Notes: generated by a model from the letters alone, not told the origin. DNA of 64,000 nucleotides from an uncultured virus (IMG/VR IMGVR_UViG_3300021962_000081) (IMGVR_UViG_3300021962_000081), one strand, 5' to 3'; positions 49,981 to 59,602 are shown, counted from the stretch's first letter. Program-made: numbers and translations.

Positions 49981-50143
49981 GGGTATATATATTTTTTTAA
50001 TCTGTATGGGTTTATATGGATGTACTCAGTTCGCTGCTTCTGTAGGAGGCACCTTTGTGGGTAATATAGCCTCAGATAAGTTTATTAAGAGCACTGAAGG
50101 TAAGCCTGCTAAGGTTGTTGATAAGAGTAGGGGTAAGAAGTGA
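49973..50143 (+). CDS. Small lipoprotein
   Basis: MTRGIYIFLICMGLYGC signal peptide with lipobox-like Cys. Confidence 0.5.
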   Translation: MTRGIYIFLICMGLYGCTQFAASVGGTFVGNIASDKFIKSTEGKPAKVVDKSRGKK

Positions 50144-50358
50144 CCTACGAGAGGATTGATGTCTCTATGGTCTATACTCATGTCATATGGTACTTTGTCT
50201 TTACTATCTATATTAATACTGTCTTATTTGCTTTATATGCAATATGGGCTGACCTAAAGGGTTATAGGGGGCGGAAAGAAGATTGGGCGATGGTTGGATT
50301 GGTTTTAACATGGATTGCTTTGGCTTTTATGGTTTATTACGTTACGGAGTCTTTATGA
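50140..50358 (+). CDS. Two-TM membrane protein
   Basis: Two hydrophobic segments. Confidence 0.5.
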   Translation: MTYERIDVSMVYTHVIWYFVFTIYINTVLFALYAIWADLKGYRGRKEDWAMVGLVLTWIALAFMVYYVTESL

Positions 50359-50583
50359 AAAATTATGAATACGAACTTGATAAGTCTACTGGAGAAATAG
50401 TTAAGAGATATGTCGATATGATTAATAATGATGGATTCAAAAAGAATAAACTTCCCTATAGTCCAGAGTTTACCTATTGGTATGAAAGAATCTACTTACA
50501 GAGCCCTAGTCTTTGTGCGTTACAGTATGACGATGAAAAGATGTGGGAAGCATGGAAGGCAGCTAAAGAACTTGGAGTTAGAA

Positions 50584-50808
50584 ATGTGGAATTATAGAAT
50601 AATGAAAAGTAAATGTCCTAGGACAGGGGAACTTTACTATACACTTAATGAGGTTTTTTATCATGATGATGGTAGGTTAAAAGCTTATAGCGAACGTGAT
50701 GAGGTTATGGGTGACACCAAAGAGGAAATCATTAGTATTTTAGAAATGATGTTATCTGACGCTAAGAAGGATAGGCCTATATTAACTGAGGCTGACTTTA
50801 AAGTATGA
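50584..50808 (+). CDS. Conserved phage protein (MWNYR family)
   Basis: MWNYRIM......Y.L.EVFY..DG....Y; GGAG RBS. Confidence 0.6.
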   Translation: MWNYRIMKSKCPRTGELYYTLNEVFYHDDGRLKAYSERDEVMGDTKEEIISILEMMLSDAKKDRPILTEADFKV

Positions 50809-51029
50809 CCCCAGCACAAAAAGAGATATTCCTAATAGTAGACGAGTTCTGGAAGACCTATGGCTTTGGTCCGACTATAGATGATGTGATGCGTCTAACG
50901 GGCGAAAAAGGTAGGGGTAATGTGGCCCGTAAGATGCAAATACTTATTGAGATAGGGGTTTGCAAAGGGGTTAAGGGAAGAGCTAGGTCAATCCGTCCAG
51001 CAGGGCTAAGGGTAAGAGATCTTGAGTGA
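50805..51029 (+). CDS. Stand-alone LexA-like DNA-binding domain protein
   Basis: MT..Q.EI...V..F....GFGPT..D....G......V......L...G........RSI; no peptidase domain. Confidence 0.75.
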   Translation: MTPAQKEIFLIVDEFWKTYGFGPTIDDVMRLTGEKGRGNVARKMQILIEIGVCKGVKGRARSIRPAGLRVRDLE

Positions 51030-52515
51030 TAAAGTCGTAGAACTGATTAATATGTTGTCTCCTGAAGAACAGGCCATGATCTTTGAACAGGTCAGGGAGT
51101 ATGACAATGCTGTGATTCGTGAAGAAGGCAGTGAAGACTTTATGAAGTTTGTAACTACGATGTGGCCTGGATTTATTCATGGAAGACACCATGCATTGAT
51201 GGCGAGGAAGTTTGAACAGATCGCTAATGGTGAGATCAAACGATTAATCATTAATATGCCTCCTAGACATACAAAGTCTGAGTTTGCATCCTTTTTACTC
51301 CCTGCATGGTTCTTAGGAAGGTTTCCAAACAAGAAGATTATTCAATGTTCTAATACAGCTGAACTTGCAGTTGGGTTTGGACGAAAGGTGCGAAATCTGG
51401 TAGACTCTGAGGTATATGGCAAAATATTCCCAAACGTGGCCCTTCGCTCTGACTCTAAAGCTGCTGGCCGTTGGTCTACTAATGCCAATGGTGAGTATTT
51501 TGCTATTGGTGTTGGTGGTACTGTCACTGGTAAAGGAGCTGATCTTCTCATCATTGACGATCCTCATTCGGAGCAAGAAGCAGCGTTAGCCGCTGGAGAT
51601 CCATCGGTATACGATAAAGTATTTGAGTGGTACACCTCAGGTCCACGTCAGCGTTTACAACCTGGAGGTTCGATTGTAGTGGTGATGACCCGTTGGGCTA
51701 AACGAGACCTAACAGGCAGGATTCTACAATCTATGGTGGATCGTGATGGTGATGAATGGGAAATCATTGAACTCCCAGCCATCCTTCCAAATGAAAAACC
51801 TTTATGGCCAGAGTTTTGGTCTTTTGATGAATTAAGTAAATTAAGAATAGAGTTGCCGTTAAGTAAATGGCAAGCTCAGTACCAACAAGACCCAACCTCT
51901 GAAGAAGGTGCGCTAGTTAAGCGTGAATGGTGGCAAGAGTGGGAAGCAGAAAACCCACCTTACTGTCAGTTTATTATTCAGTCATGGGATACGGCTTTTA
52001 CCAAGAATGAACGTTCTGACTATTCAGCTTGTACCACTTGGGGAGTGTTTTATAAAGATGAAAACGAAAATGATCCTCATATTATTCTTCTTGATGCTTT
52101 TAAAGAGCGGATGGAATTTCCAGAACTTAAAGCAAGAGCGCTTGAATACTATCAAGAATGGCAACCTGATGCCTTTATTATCGAAGCAAAAGCCTCTGGA
52201 GCCCCGTTAGTATTTGAATTAAGAAGGATGGGAATACCCGTTCAAGAGTTTACACCGACCCGTGGAAACGATAAAATAAGCAGATTAAACTCTGTAACAG
52301 ATTTATTCGCTTCTGGCAAGGTATGGGCACCACGCAAAAGGTGGGCCGAAGAAGTCATAGAAGAGATGGCAGCCTTTCCGAATTCAGACCACGATGACTT
52401 AGTGGACTCTTCAACCCAAGCTCTTATTCGGTTTAGAAAGGGAGGATTCGTTAATCTTCCAACAGACGAACCAGATGAACCAAGAGAATTTAGACGCAAA
52501 GTAGCATATTACTAA
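51022..52515 (+). CDS. terL: Terminase large subunit
   Basis: MPPRHTKSE Walker A, LLIIDDP, MTRW, SWDTA, E.KASG, HDDLVD nuclease motif. Confidence 0.95.
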   Translation: MSDKVVELINMLSPEEQAMIFEQVREYDNAVIREEGSEDFMKFVTTMWPGFIHGRHHALMARKFEQIANGEIKRLIINMPPRHTKSEFASFLLPAWFLGRFPNKKIIQCSNTAELAVGFGRKVRNLVDSEVYGKIFPNVALRSDSKAAGRWSTNANGEYFAIGVGGTVTGKGADLLIIDDPHSEQEAALAAGDPSVYDKVFEWYTSGPRQRLQPGGSIVVVMTRWAKRDLTGRILQSMVDRDGDEWEIIELPAILPNEKPLWPEFWSFDELSKLRIELPLSKWQAQYQQDPTSEEGALVKREWWQEWEAENPPYCQFIIQSWDTAFTKNERSDYSACTTWGVFYKDENENDPHIILLDAFKERMEFPELKARALEYYQEWQPDAFIIEAKASGAPLVFELRRMGIPVQEFTPTRGNDKISRLNSVTDLFASGKVWAPRKRWAEEVIEEMAAFPNSDHDDLVDSSTQALIRFRKGGFVNLPTDEPDEPREFRRKVAYY

Positions 52516-52524
52516 GGAAAAATT

Positions 52525-55017
52525 ATGGCAATCGACAAAGCATTATACGAAGCACCACAAGGTCTAGCAGCAATTGATCAAGCACCTCCAGTTGAAATTG
52601 AAATTGAAGATCCAGAATCTGTCAGTATTAAAATGGATGGATTAGAAATTGATCTTGAAAAAGCAGAAGACACTGAAGAGTTTAACAAAAACTTAGCAGA
52701 AGAATTAACTGAAGGTGAGTTAACGCTTTTAGCAGGTGATCTCATTGGTGATTTTGATGGTGACGTAGCGTCAAGAAAAGACTGGATTCAAACTTATGTC
52801 GATGGTTTAGAATTACTTGGTCTTAAAATTGAAGAACGCTCAGAGCCATGGGATGGTGCGTGTGGAGTCTATCACCCAATCTTAGCTGAAGCAGTCACTA
52901 AATTCCAATCAGAAACAATCATGGATACTTTCCCAGCATCTGGTCCAGTTAAGGGCGAGATCATTGGAAAAGAAACACAAGAGAAAAAAGATGCCATGGA
53001 GCGTGTCGTTGATGACATGAACTATGAGCTTACAGAAAAGATGACAGAGTATCGTTCAGAACATGAACGTATGCTATGGGGTACAGCGTTATCTGGTAAC
53101 GGATTTAAGAAAGTCTACGTAGATCCAGGTCTTGATCGTCAAGTATCTATCTATGTTCCTTCAGAAGATTTAGTTGTACCTTATGGTGCATCTAATCTTG
53201 AAACAGCAGAGCGTGTATCACACGTTATGCGTAAAACAGAAAATGAATTACTAAGACTTCAACTTGATGGATTCTATCGTGATGTTGAATTAGGCGCACC
53301 ACAAAATACATTAGATGAAGTTGAGAAGAAGATTGCAGAGAAGTTAGGCTTCCGTGCAACAACTGATTCTAGATATAAATTGATTGAAATGCAGGTTGAT
53401 TTAGATCTTCCTGGATTTGAACATAAAGATGACAAAGGTAATAAGACTGGTTTAAAACTTCCATACATTGTCACTATTGAATACGGCAGCATGACAGTAT
53501 TAGCTGTACGTAGAAACTGGGAACCAGATGATGAGACATATCAAAAACGTCAGCACTTTGTTCACTATCCATACATTCCAGGCTTTGGCTTCTATGCATT
53601 TGGTCTTATTCACTTAATCGGTGGATTTGCTAAGTCTGGTACATCTATCTTACGTCAATTAGTAGACGCTGGATCACTTGCTAACCTTCCAGGTGGATTT
53701 AAGACTCGTGGTTTACGAGTCAAAGGTGATGATACACCAATTGCTCCAGGTGAATTTAGAGATGTAGACGTACCTTCTGGCACGATGAAAGACAACATCA
53801 TGCCTTTACCATACAAAGAACCATCACAAACACTCATTCAACTACTCAATCAGATTATTGAAGAGGGTAGAAGATTCGCAGCAGCAGGTGATTTGAAGGT
53901 TTCTGACATGAGTGCTAACTCTCCAGTAGGCACAACGCTTGCAATTTTAGAAAGAACACTCAAAGTGATGTCAGCTATTCAAGCTCGTATGCACTTTTCA
54001 ATGAAAAATGAGTTTAAATTACTCAAAAAGATCATTGCAAGCTACGCTCCAGCTGATTATTCATACCAACCAGCGACAGGAACTAAGAAAGCTCGTAGAT
54101 CTGACTACGAAATGGTCAACATTATCCCTGTTTCTGACCCAAATGCAGCCACAATGTCACAAAAAGTGGTGCAATACCAAGCTGTTTTACAACTTTCACA
54201 AACAGCACCTCAACTTTACAACTTACCATACCTACATCGTCAGATGTTAGACGTATTAGGCATCAAAAATGCTGAAAAATTGGTACCGTTACCTGAAGAT
54301 GAGAAGCCATTAGACCCAATCACTGAGAATATGAACGCTTTAAAGAACAAACCTATGAAAGCTTTCATGTATCAAGACCATCAAGCGCATATTCAGATTC
54401 ATATGGCGTTATTAAACGATCCAAAGGTAAGAGAATTGATTGGTCAAAACCCACAAGCACCATTAATTGCACAGGCATTACAAGCTCATATCACAGAACA
54501 TATTGGTATGGAGTATAAACGTCAAATGGAGCTTGCTATGGGCGTTAATATCCCATACAACGACCTTGATGACAGTGATGATGCAACTAAATTATCACCA
54601 GAACAAGAACTTCAAATTGCTAGATTGGCAGTTCCAGCAGCACAGAACTTACTCAATCAAAATCAAACTGAAGTGGCAGCACGCAATGCTCAACAAGCAG
54701 CGCAAGATCCTGTGGTTCAAATGCAACTCAAAGAACTTCAATTGAAAGCACAAGAAGTTGATATCAAGATGAAGAAAATGCAAATTGATGCAGCTGCTAA
54801 AGCTGATCAGTTAGAAGTTGAACGCTCAAGAATTGCTGCGCAAAAAGAAATTGCAGGAATGCAAGCAACAATCAAAGCACAATCTGACAAAGCATCTATT
54901 GCTTCCAAAGAAAAAATAGAAGGCTTTAAGATGGGCTCTGATTTAGGTAAAGCAAAAGCTCAAATGGCTATGCAAGAAAAACAAAAACCACAACCTTCAA
55001 ACAAGGAAACTAAATGA
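52525..55017 (+). CDS. Portal protein
   Basis: Follows terL; 830 aa; HP.LAEA...FQ, G..FKKVY.D, Y.PGFGFY.FGL, LRQLVDAG.L.NLPGG. Confidence 0.85.
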   Translation: MAIDKALYEAPQGLAAIDQAPPVEIEIEDPESVSIKMDGLEIDLEKAEDTEEFNKNLAEELTEGELTLLAGDLIGDFDGDVASRKDWIQTYVDGLELLGLKIEERSEPWDGACGVYHPILAEAVTKFQSETIMDTFPASGPVKGEIIGKETQEKKDAMERVVDDMNYELTEKMTEYRSEHERMLWGTALSGNGFKKVYVDPGLDRQVSIYVPSEDLVVPYGASNLETAERVSHVMRKTENELLRLQLDGFYRDVELGAPQNTLDEVEKKIAEKLGFRATTDSRYKLIEMQVDLDLPGFEHKDDKGNKTGLKLPYIVTIEYGSMTVLAVRRNWEPDDETYQKRQHFVHYPYIPGFGFYAFGLIHLIGGFAKSGTSILRQLVDAGSLANLPGGFKTRGLRVKGDDTPIAPGEFRDVDVPSGTMKDNIMPLPYKEPSQTLIQLLNQIIEEGRRFAAAGDLKVSDMSANSPVGTTLAILERTLKVMSAIQARMHFSMKNEFKLLKKIIASYAPADYSYQPATGTKKARRSDYEMVNIIPVSDPNAATMSQKVVQYQAVLQLSQTAPQLYNLPYLHRQMLDVLGIKNAEKLVPLPEDEKPLDPITENMNALKNKPMKAFMYQDHQAHIQIHMALLNDPKVRELIGQNPQAPLIAQALQAHITEHIGMEYKRQMELAMGVNIPYNDLDDSDDATKLSPEQELQIARLAVPAAQNLLNQNQTEVAARNAQQAAQDPVVQMQLKELQLKAQEVDIKMKKMQIDAAAKADQLEVERSRIAAQKEIAGMQATIKAQSDKASIASKEKIEGFKMGSDLGKAKAQMAMQEKQKPQPSNKETK

Positions 55018-55202
55018 ATGAATATGAAGTTATATTAAGGGAAATAGATATACAGGTTAGAAATTTAGAAGAACATTTAGGAACAGGCATGGCCAAAGAC
55101 TATGCTGAGTACCAAAATATATGTGGAAAGATATCAGGTCTACTTTCTACACGAAGATACATACAAGACCTTCAAAAAAATATGGAGAACTCAGATGAGT
55201 GA
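55014..55202 (+). CDS. Small conserved protein
   Basis: L..G.AKDYAEY...CG.I.GL. Confidence 0.6.
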   Translation: MNEYEVILREIDIQVRNLEEHLGTGMAKDYAEYQNICGKISGLLSTRRYIQDLQKNMENSDE

Positions 55203-55605
55203 AATACTAATCGGATCAAACCCCGATGATGTAAACGCAACAACATCTCTGCCCCAAACTGCAGAGGAAAAAGCAAAGCAACTCCCAGAGGTTTCAGGTT
55301 ATAGAATTTTATGTGCTATACCAGAAGCTGATGACAAGTTTGATAGTGGACTGGTAAAGTCTGCTGAAACAATGAGAAATGAAGAAGTTTTATCTACAGT
55401 ATTCTTTGTAGTTAAAATGGGTCCAGATTGTTACAAGGATGAAAAAAGATTTCCTTCAGGTCCTTGGTGCAAAGTTGGAGACTTCATCTTAGCCCGCCCT
55501 AATTCAGGTACACGCCTGAAGATTCACAATAGGGAATTCCGAATAATCAATGATGATAGTGTCGAAGGTATCGTAGAAGATCCTCGTGGCATTAGTCGTA
55601 TTTAA
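55195..55605 (+). CDS. groES: Phage-encoded GroES/Cpn10-like co-chaperonin
   Basis: P...G.RIL......SGLV, V..MGP..Y, C.VGD.I....SG.......FRIINDD.V.GIV. Confidence 0.85.
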   Translation: MSEILIGSNPDDVNATTSLPQTAEEKAKQLPEVSGYRILCAIPEADDKFDSGLVKSAETMRNEEVLSTVFFVVKMGPDCYKDEKRFPSGPWCKVGDFILARPNSGTRLKIHNREFRIINDDSVEGIVEDPRGISRI

Positions 55606-55616
55606 GGAGAATATAA

Positions 55617-56579
55617 ATGGCTGATGATGATTTTAAATTTCCAGATGAAATGGAAAATGAAGTACCAGAAGTAGAGGCTGCAGCTGAACCTCAGGTTGAA
55701 ATCGAAGTAGTAGATGATCGACCAGTTGAGGATCAAAAGAATGCTCAACCTTTACCAGAAGCAATTGTAAAAGAGATTGATGAAGATGACCTAGAGAAGT
55801 ACAACGCTGAGGCTAAACAACGTCTTTTACAAATGAAAAAACTCATTAATGATGAGCGTAGAGCAAAAGAACAAGCATTACGTGAGCAACAAGAAGCAAT
55901 TCGTGTAGCACAATCATTAGTAGAAGAAACTAAAAAACTTAAAGGCCGTCTAACAGAAGGCGAAAAAGTATACGTTTCTAATGCTAAAGAAGGTGCAGAA
56001 CGACAACTAGAGCTAGCTAGAATCGCTTATAAAGAAGCGTATGATTCTGGTGACTCTGAAAAGGTTGTTGAAGCACAAGAAAAACTCACAGAAGCTAAGT
56101 TTAAACTTCACGAAGTTGAGTCTTATAGACCTCAATATGACGAAAGTGCTTTACAAACAGCTGAAAATGAGGTAAAAATACCAGAACAGTCACAACAACC
56201 GCAACGTTTGGATTCAAAAACCCAAGCCTGGTTGGACAAAAACAGCTGGTATGGTGTTGATGACGATATGAGTTTCCTCGCTATGGGTATTCATAGAAAA
56301 CTAGAACGCAACGGAGTCGTTACTGGCTCTGATGAATACTGGAACGCTATAGATACCGAAATGCGAAAACGATTCCCAGAAAAATTTGCTGGCGAAAATA
56401 CCCCAGAGACCAAAGACTCTGTTAAAAAACCATCAACGGTAGTAGCGCCTGCTACACGTTCTACATCCCCAAAAAAGATTAGACTGACGCAGACACAATT
56501 AGCTTTGGCTAAAAAGTTCAAACTTTCTCCAGAGCAATATGCGCTGGAATTAACTAAATTGGAGTCCCAAAATGGCTGA
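55617..56579 (+). CDS. Capsid scaffolding protein (probable)
   Basis: Acidic N-terminus, long coiled coil, W...N.W.G.D, LT.TQ..LAKK..L..EQYA. Confidence 0.65.
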   Translation: MADDDFKFPDEMENEVPEVEAAAEPQVEIEVVDDRPVEDQKNAQPLPEAIVKEIDEDDLEKYNAEAKQRLLQMKKLINDERRAKEQALREQQEAIRVAQSLVEETKKLKGRLTEGEKVYVSNAKEGAERQLELARIAYKEAYDSGDSEKVVEAQEKLTEAKFKLHEVESYRPQYDESALQTAENEVKIPEQSQQPQRLDSKTQAWLDKNSWYGVDDDMSFLAMGIHRKLERNGVVTGSDEYWNAIDTEMRKRFPEKFAGENTPETKDSVKKPSTVVAPATRSTSPKKIRLTQTQLALAKKFKLSPEQYALELTKLESQNG

Positions 56580-57018
56580 AAATAGAATTCCCCGTGAAGT
56601 AGATACCCGTCAACAGGAAGAGCGCCCTAAACAGTGGCAAGCTCCTGAATTGTTACCAGAACCCGATAAGCAACCTGGTTTTGCGTACAGATGGATTAGA
56701 GTTTCAATGCTGAACTCAGCAGACCCACGCAATCTAAGTACTAAACTTCGAGAAGGCTGGGAACCTGTAAGAGCAGAAGAGCAACCTAAATTTAAACTGT
56801 TAGTTGATCCCGATAGTCGTTATAAAGACAACATCGAGATTGGCGGATTATTACTTTGTAAGACACCTCTTGAATTAGTCGAACAAAGAACAGAGTACTA
56901 TGATAAGCAAACGCAATCTCAAACAGACGCTGTAGATAATAATCTTATGCGTCAAAACGATCCTAGAATGCCTCTCTTTAATGAGAGAAAATCTACGAGC
57001 AGTTTTGGCAAAGGTTAA
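56572..57018 (+). CDS. Conserved head-associated protein
   Basis: W..P..LP.P...G..YRWIR...REGWEPV...GGLLLCK. Confidence 0.6.
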   Translation: MAENRIPREVDTRQQEERPKQWQAPELLPEPDKQPGFAYRWIRVSMLNSADPRNLSTKLREGWEPVRAEEQPKFKLLVDPDSRYKDNIEIGGLLLCKTPLELVEQRTEYYDKQTQSQTDAVDNNLMRQNDPRMPLFNERKSTSSFGKG

Positions 57019-57041
57019 TTCATTAATTTAAGGAGATTTAT

Positions 57042-57665
57042 ATGGCATATCCAACCATTTCAGCTCCATACGGCTTTAAAGCGATTAATCGTTATGACGG
57101 TATTCCTTACGCTGGTGCTACTTTACAGTACCCAATTGCGTCAACATACAATACTGCAATCTATAACGGTGCATCAGTTAAAATCGTAGCGGGCGGTACA
57201 ATTGAATTATCAGGTGCAACAACTACAGGTACTATCATTGGTGTTGTAACTGGTTTTCAATATACAAACTCATCAGGTCAAACAGTTCAAGCTCAATACT
57301 ATCCAGGTACTAGCGTTACTAATGCTATTGCTTATGTAGTTGTTGATCCTACAGCTGAGTATAAAGTGACATTAACAGCTTCAGGTGCTCCAACAGTAGT
57401 GGTAGGTGCTAACGCAACTATCGTTGGTGCAAACTTAGCTGAAATCCAAAACGGTACAGGTTCTGCAACAACTGGCGATGCACAATCATCATGCGTTATC
57501 CCAGGTACTGGTACTGGTTCAGCAACAACATTACCATGGAGAGTAGTTGCAGTTGTGCCTGATACAGCATATGTATCATCTGGCGTAACTCTTTACCCAG
57601 AAGTAATTGTTAAAGTTAATAACCCACAGTTAACTGCCCTCACAGGCACTAACTACACAGCTTAA
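57042..57665 (+). CDS. Capsid cement/decoration protein (probable)
   Basis: APYGF..., beta-rich, directly upstream of the major capsid gene. Confidence 0.55.
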   Translation: MAYPTISAPYGFKAINRYDGIPYAGATLQYPIASTYNTAIYNGASVKIVAGGTIELSGATTTGTIIGVVTGFQYTNSSGQTVQAQYYPGTSVTNAIAYVVVDPTAEYKVTLTASGAPTVVVGANATIVGANLAEIQNGTGSATTGDAQSSCVIPGTGTGSATTLPWRVVAVVPDTAYVSSGVTLYPEVIVKVNNPQLTALTGTNYTA

Positions 57666-57681
57666 TTAAGGAGAATAAAAC

Positions 57682-58590
57682 ATGGCTATTTCACGTGCAC
57701 AGCTCCTAAAAGAGCTATTACCAGGTCTTAATGCGCTATTCGGTTTAGAGTACGCAAGATATGGCGAAGAACATAAAGAAATCTACGAAACAGAGACTTC
57801 AGAACGTTCATTCGAAGAAGAAACAAAACTTTCAGGCTTCTCAGCAGCACCAGTTAAAAACGAAGGCACTGCCATCGCTTATGACAATGCTCAAGAAGCA
57901 TGGACAGCTCGATACAATCATGAAACTATCGCTCTTGGCTTCAGCTTAACTGAAGAAGCTATTGAAGATAACTTATATGATTCTTTATCAGCTCGTTACA
58001 CAAAAGCTTTAGCAAGAGCTATGGCTTACACAAAACAAGTTAAGGCTGCTGCAGTTATTAATAACGGCTTCAGTGCTTCATACGCTGGTGGTGACGGCAA
58101 AGCTTTATTTGCTACTGACCATCCACTTGTTTCAGGCGGTACAAATAGTAACACTCCATCAACAGCAGCTGACTTGAACGAAACTTCATTGGAAAATGCA
58201 GTTATTCAAATCGCAGCTTGGACTGATGAGCGTGGTCTATTAATTGCAGCTAAACCTAAAAAACTTATCGTTCCACCAGCATTGCAATTCGTTGCAACTC
58301 GCTTGTTAGAAACTGAGTTACGTGTTGGTACAGCTGACAATGATATCAATGCTATTAAGAACAATGGTTCTATTCCAGAAGGTTACACAGTTAACCACTT
58401 CTTGACAGACACAAACGGTTGGTACTTAACAACTGATGTTCCTAATGGTATGAAACACTTTGTTCGTACTCCATTAAGCAATTCAATGGACGGTGACTTC
58501 GATACAGGTAACGTACGTTATAAATCACGTGAACGTTACTCATTCGGCTGGTCAGATCCGCTCGGTATGTTCGGTTCACCAGGTGCTTAA
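57682..58590 (+). CDS. Major capsid protein (Mu gpT-like, HK97 fold)
   Basis: MAISRAQLLKELLPGLNALFG.EY, DG..LF...HP, P.KLIVP..L, YK.RERYSFGWSD; followed by a strong terminator. Confidence 0.9.
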   Translation: MAISRAQLLKELLPGLNALFGLEYARYGEEHKEIYETETSERSFEEETKLSGFSAAPVKNEGTAIAYDNAQEAWTARYNHETIALGFSLTEEAIEDNLYDSLSARYTKALARAMAYTKQVKAAAVINNGFSASYAGGDGKALFATDHPLVSGGTNSNTPSTAADLNETSLENAVIQIAAWTDERGLLIAAKPKKLIVPPALQFVATRLLETELRVGTADNDINAIKNNGSIPEGYTVNHFLTDTNGWYLTTDVPNGMKHFVRTPLSNSMDGDFDTGNVRYKSRERYSFGWSDPLGMFGSPGA

Positions 58591-58608
58591 TTAAGCATTT
58601 GATGGTAG

Positions 58609-58640
58609 AAAAGGCTCTATTCGTAGGGCCTTTTTTATTT
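58609..58640 (+). terminator. Intrinsic terminator after the major capsid gene
   Basis: AAAAGGCTCTA-TTCG-TAGGGCCTTTT followed by TTATTT. Confidence 0.85.
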
Positions 58641-58698
58641 GCCTGCGTATATGAAAATACTAGCGTTTACGGGCAAAAGTATTGTAAAATAAACATAT

Positions 58699-58773
58699 CC
58701 AGGAATAACCTGGTTTATTAGACTGTCCTGGCAGACGCATAAAAGACTAATAAGCCTAACTTTTTATGAAGGA
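58699..58773 (+). promoter_or_regulatory. Structured, possibly pseudoknotted 5' leader of gene 58780
   Basis: GGTTTATTAG/CTAATAAGCC stem, plus CCAGGA/TCCTGG and CATAAAA/TTTTATG cross-pairings. Confidence 0.5.
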
Positions 58774-58779
58774 AAAATC

Positions 58780-59259
58780 ATGTCAAGAACCACATTCTCA
58801 GGTCCAGTCAAATCAGGTACCAATAGATACTCACCAAGCAAGAACGTTGGAACAACAGTATTAACACAATCTACAGCATTTGCATTTACAGCTGCAGGTA
58901 CTACAACTAATACATTCTACATTCCATCTGCTAGTAAAATCTTAAGCATTACATTTGATACTACAACAGCATTCACAGGCGGTACAGGCGCTGTTACAGT
59001 AGGTAATGTTGCTTCAGGTACACAATACGCTTCATCAACAACAGTAACTACAGGTGGTCGTGCAACTCCAACATTCACAGCTGCACAATTAACATCTATG
59101 TTATCAACTCCAGTTGATGTAGCTTCTAGCAACGGTAACGGTGCTTCATCAGCAATTGCAGTAACAGCAGTAGCAGGTGCAGGCGTAACAGCTGGATCAT
59201 TAGTAGTTACTATTACTTACATCCAATCAGACGACCGTGCAAACTCAGGCGACCAATAA
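58780..59259 (+). CDS. Virion structural protein
   Basis: MSRTTFSGPV.S N-terminus; T/A/G-rich beta protein. Confidence 0.6.
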   Translation: MSRTTFSGPVKSGTNRYSPSKNVGTTVLTQSTAFAFTAAGTTTNTFYIPSASKILSITFDTTTAFTGGTGAVTVGNVASGTQYASSTTVTTGGRATPTFTAAQLTSMLSTPVDVASSNGNGASSAIAVTAVAGAGVTAGSLVVTITYIQSDDRANSGDQ

Positions 59260-59266
59260 TTAATCT

Positions 59267-59291
59267 AAGGGGAGTTCTCTCCCCTTTGTTT
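59267..59291 (+). terminator. Intrinsic terminator
   Basis: AAGGGGAG-TTCT-CTCCCCTT followed by TGTTT. Confidence 0.7.
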
Positions 59292-59311
59292 ATAACTTAA
59301 GGAGATTAATT

Positions 59312-59602
59312 ATGGCAATGCAATATGATGTAAAATCTACGGCTATAGCTGCCGCTCAAACCAATTCTGCTGTATTCGCTGGCCCTGCTCGTATTAAGGG
59401 TATGGTTATTGGCGTTCCTACAGCTGGAGGCACTTTAACTCTAAGAGACGGCTCTGGTGGCACTGTAGTATTTTCAGTAGTAATTCCCTCAAACGCAGGC
59501 GGAGTATCTAACATCGTTATTCCTGGTGAAGGCATACGATGCGATAACGGTATTTATGCAACAACTCCAGCTAGTATGACAGTCACAGTATTTTATGGAT
59601 AG
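59312..59602 (+). CDS. Small virion protein
   Basis: MQYDVKS...R.KG...IPGEGI....GIY....VTVFYG. Confidence 0.6.
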   Translation: MAMQYDVKSTAIAAAQTNSAVFAGPARIKGMVIGVPTAGGTLTLRDGSGGTVVFSVVIPSNAGGVSNIVIPGEGIRCDNGIYATTPASMTVTVFYG

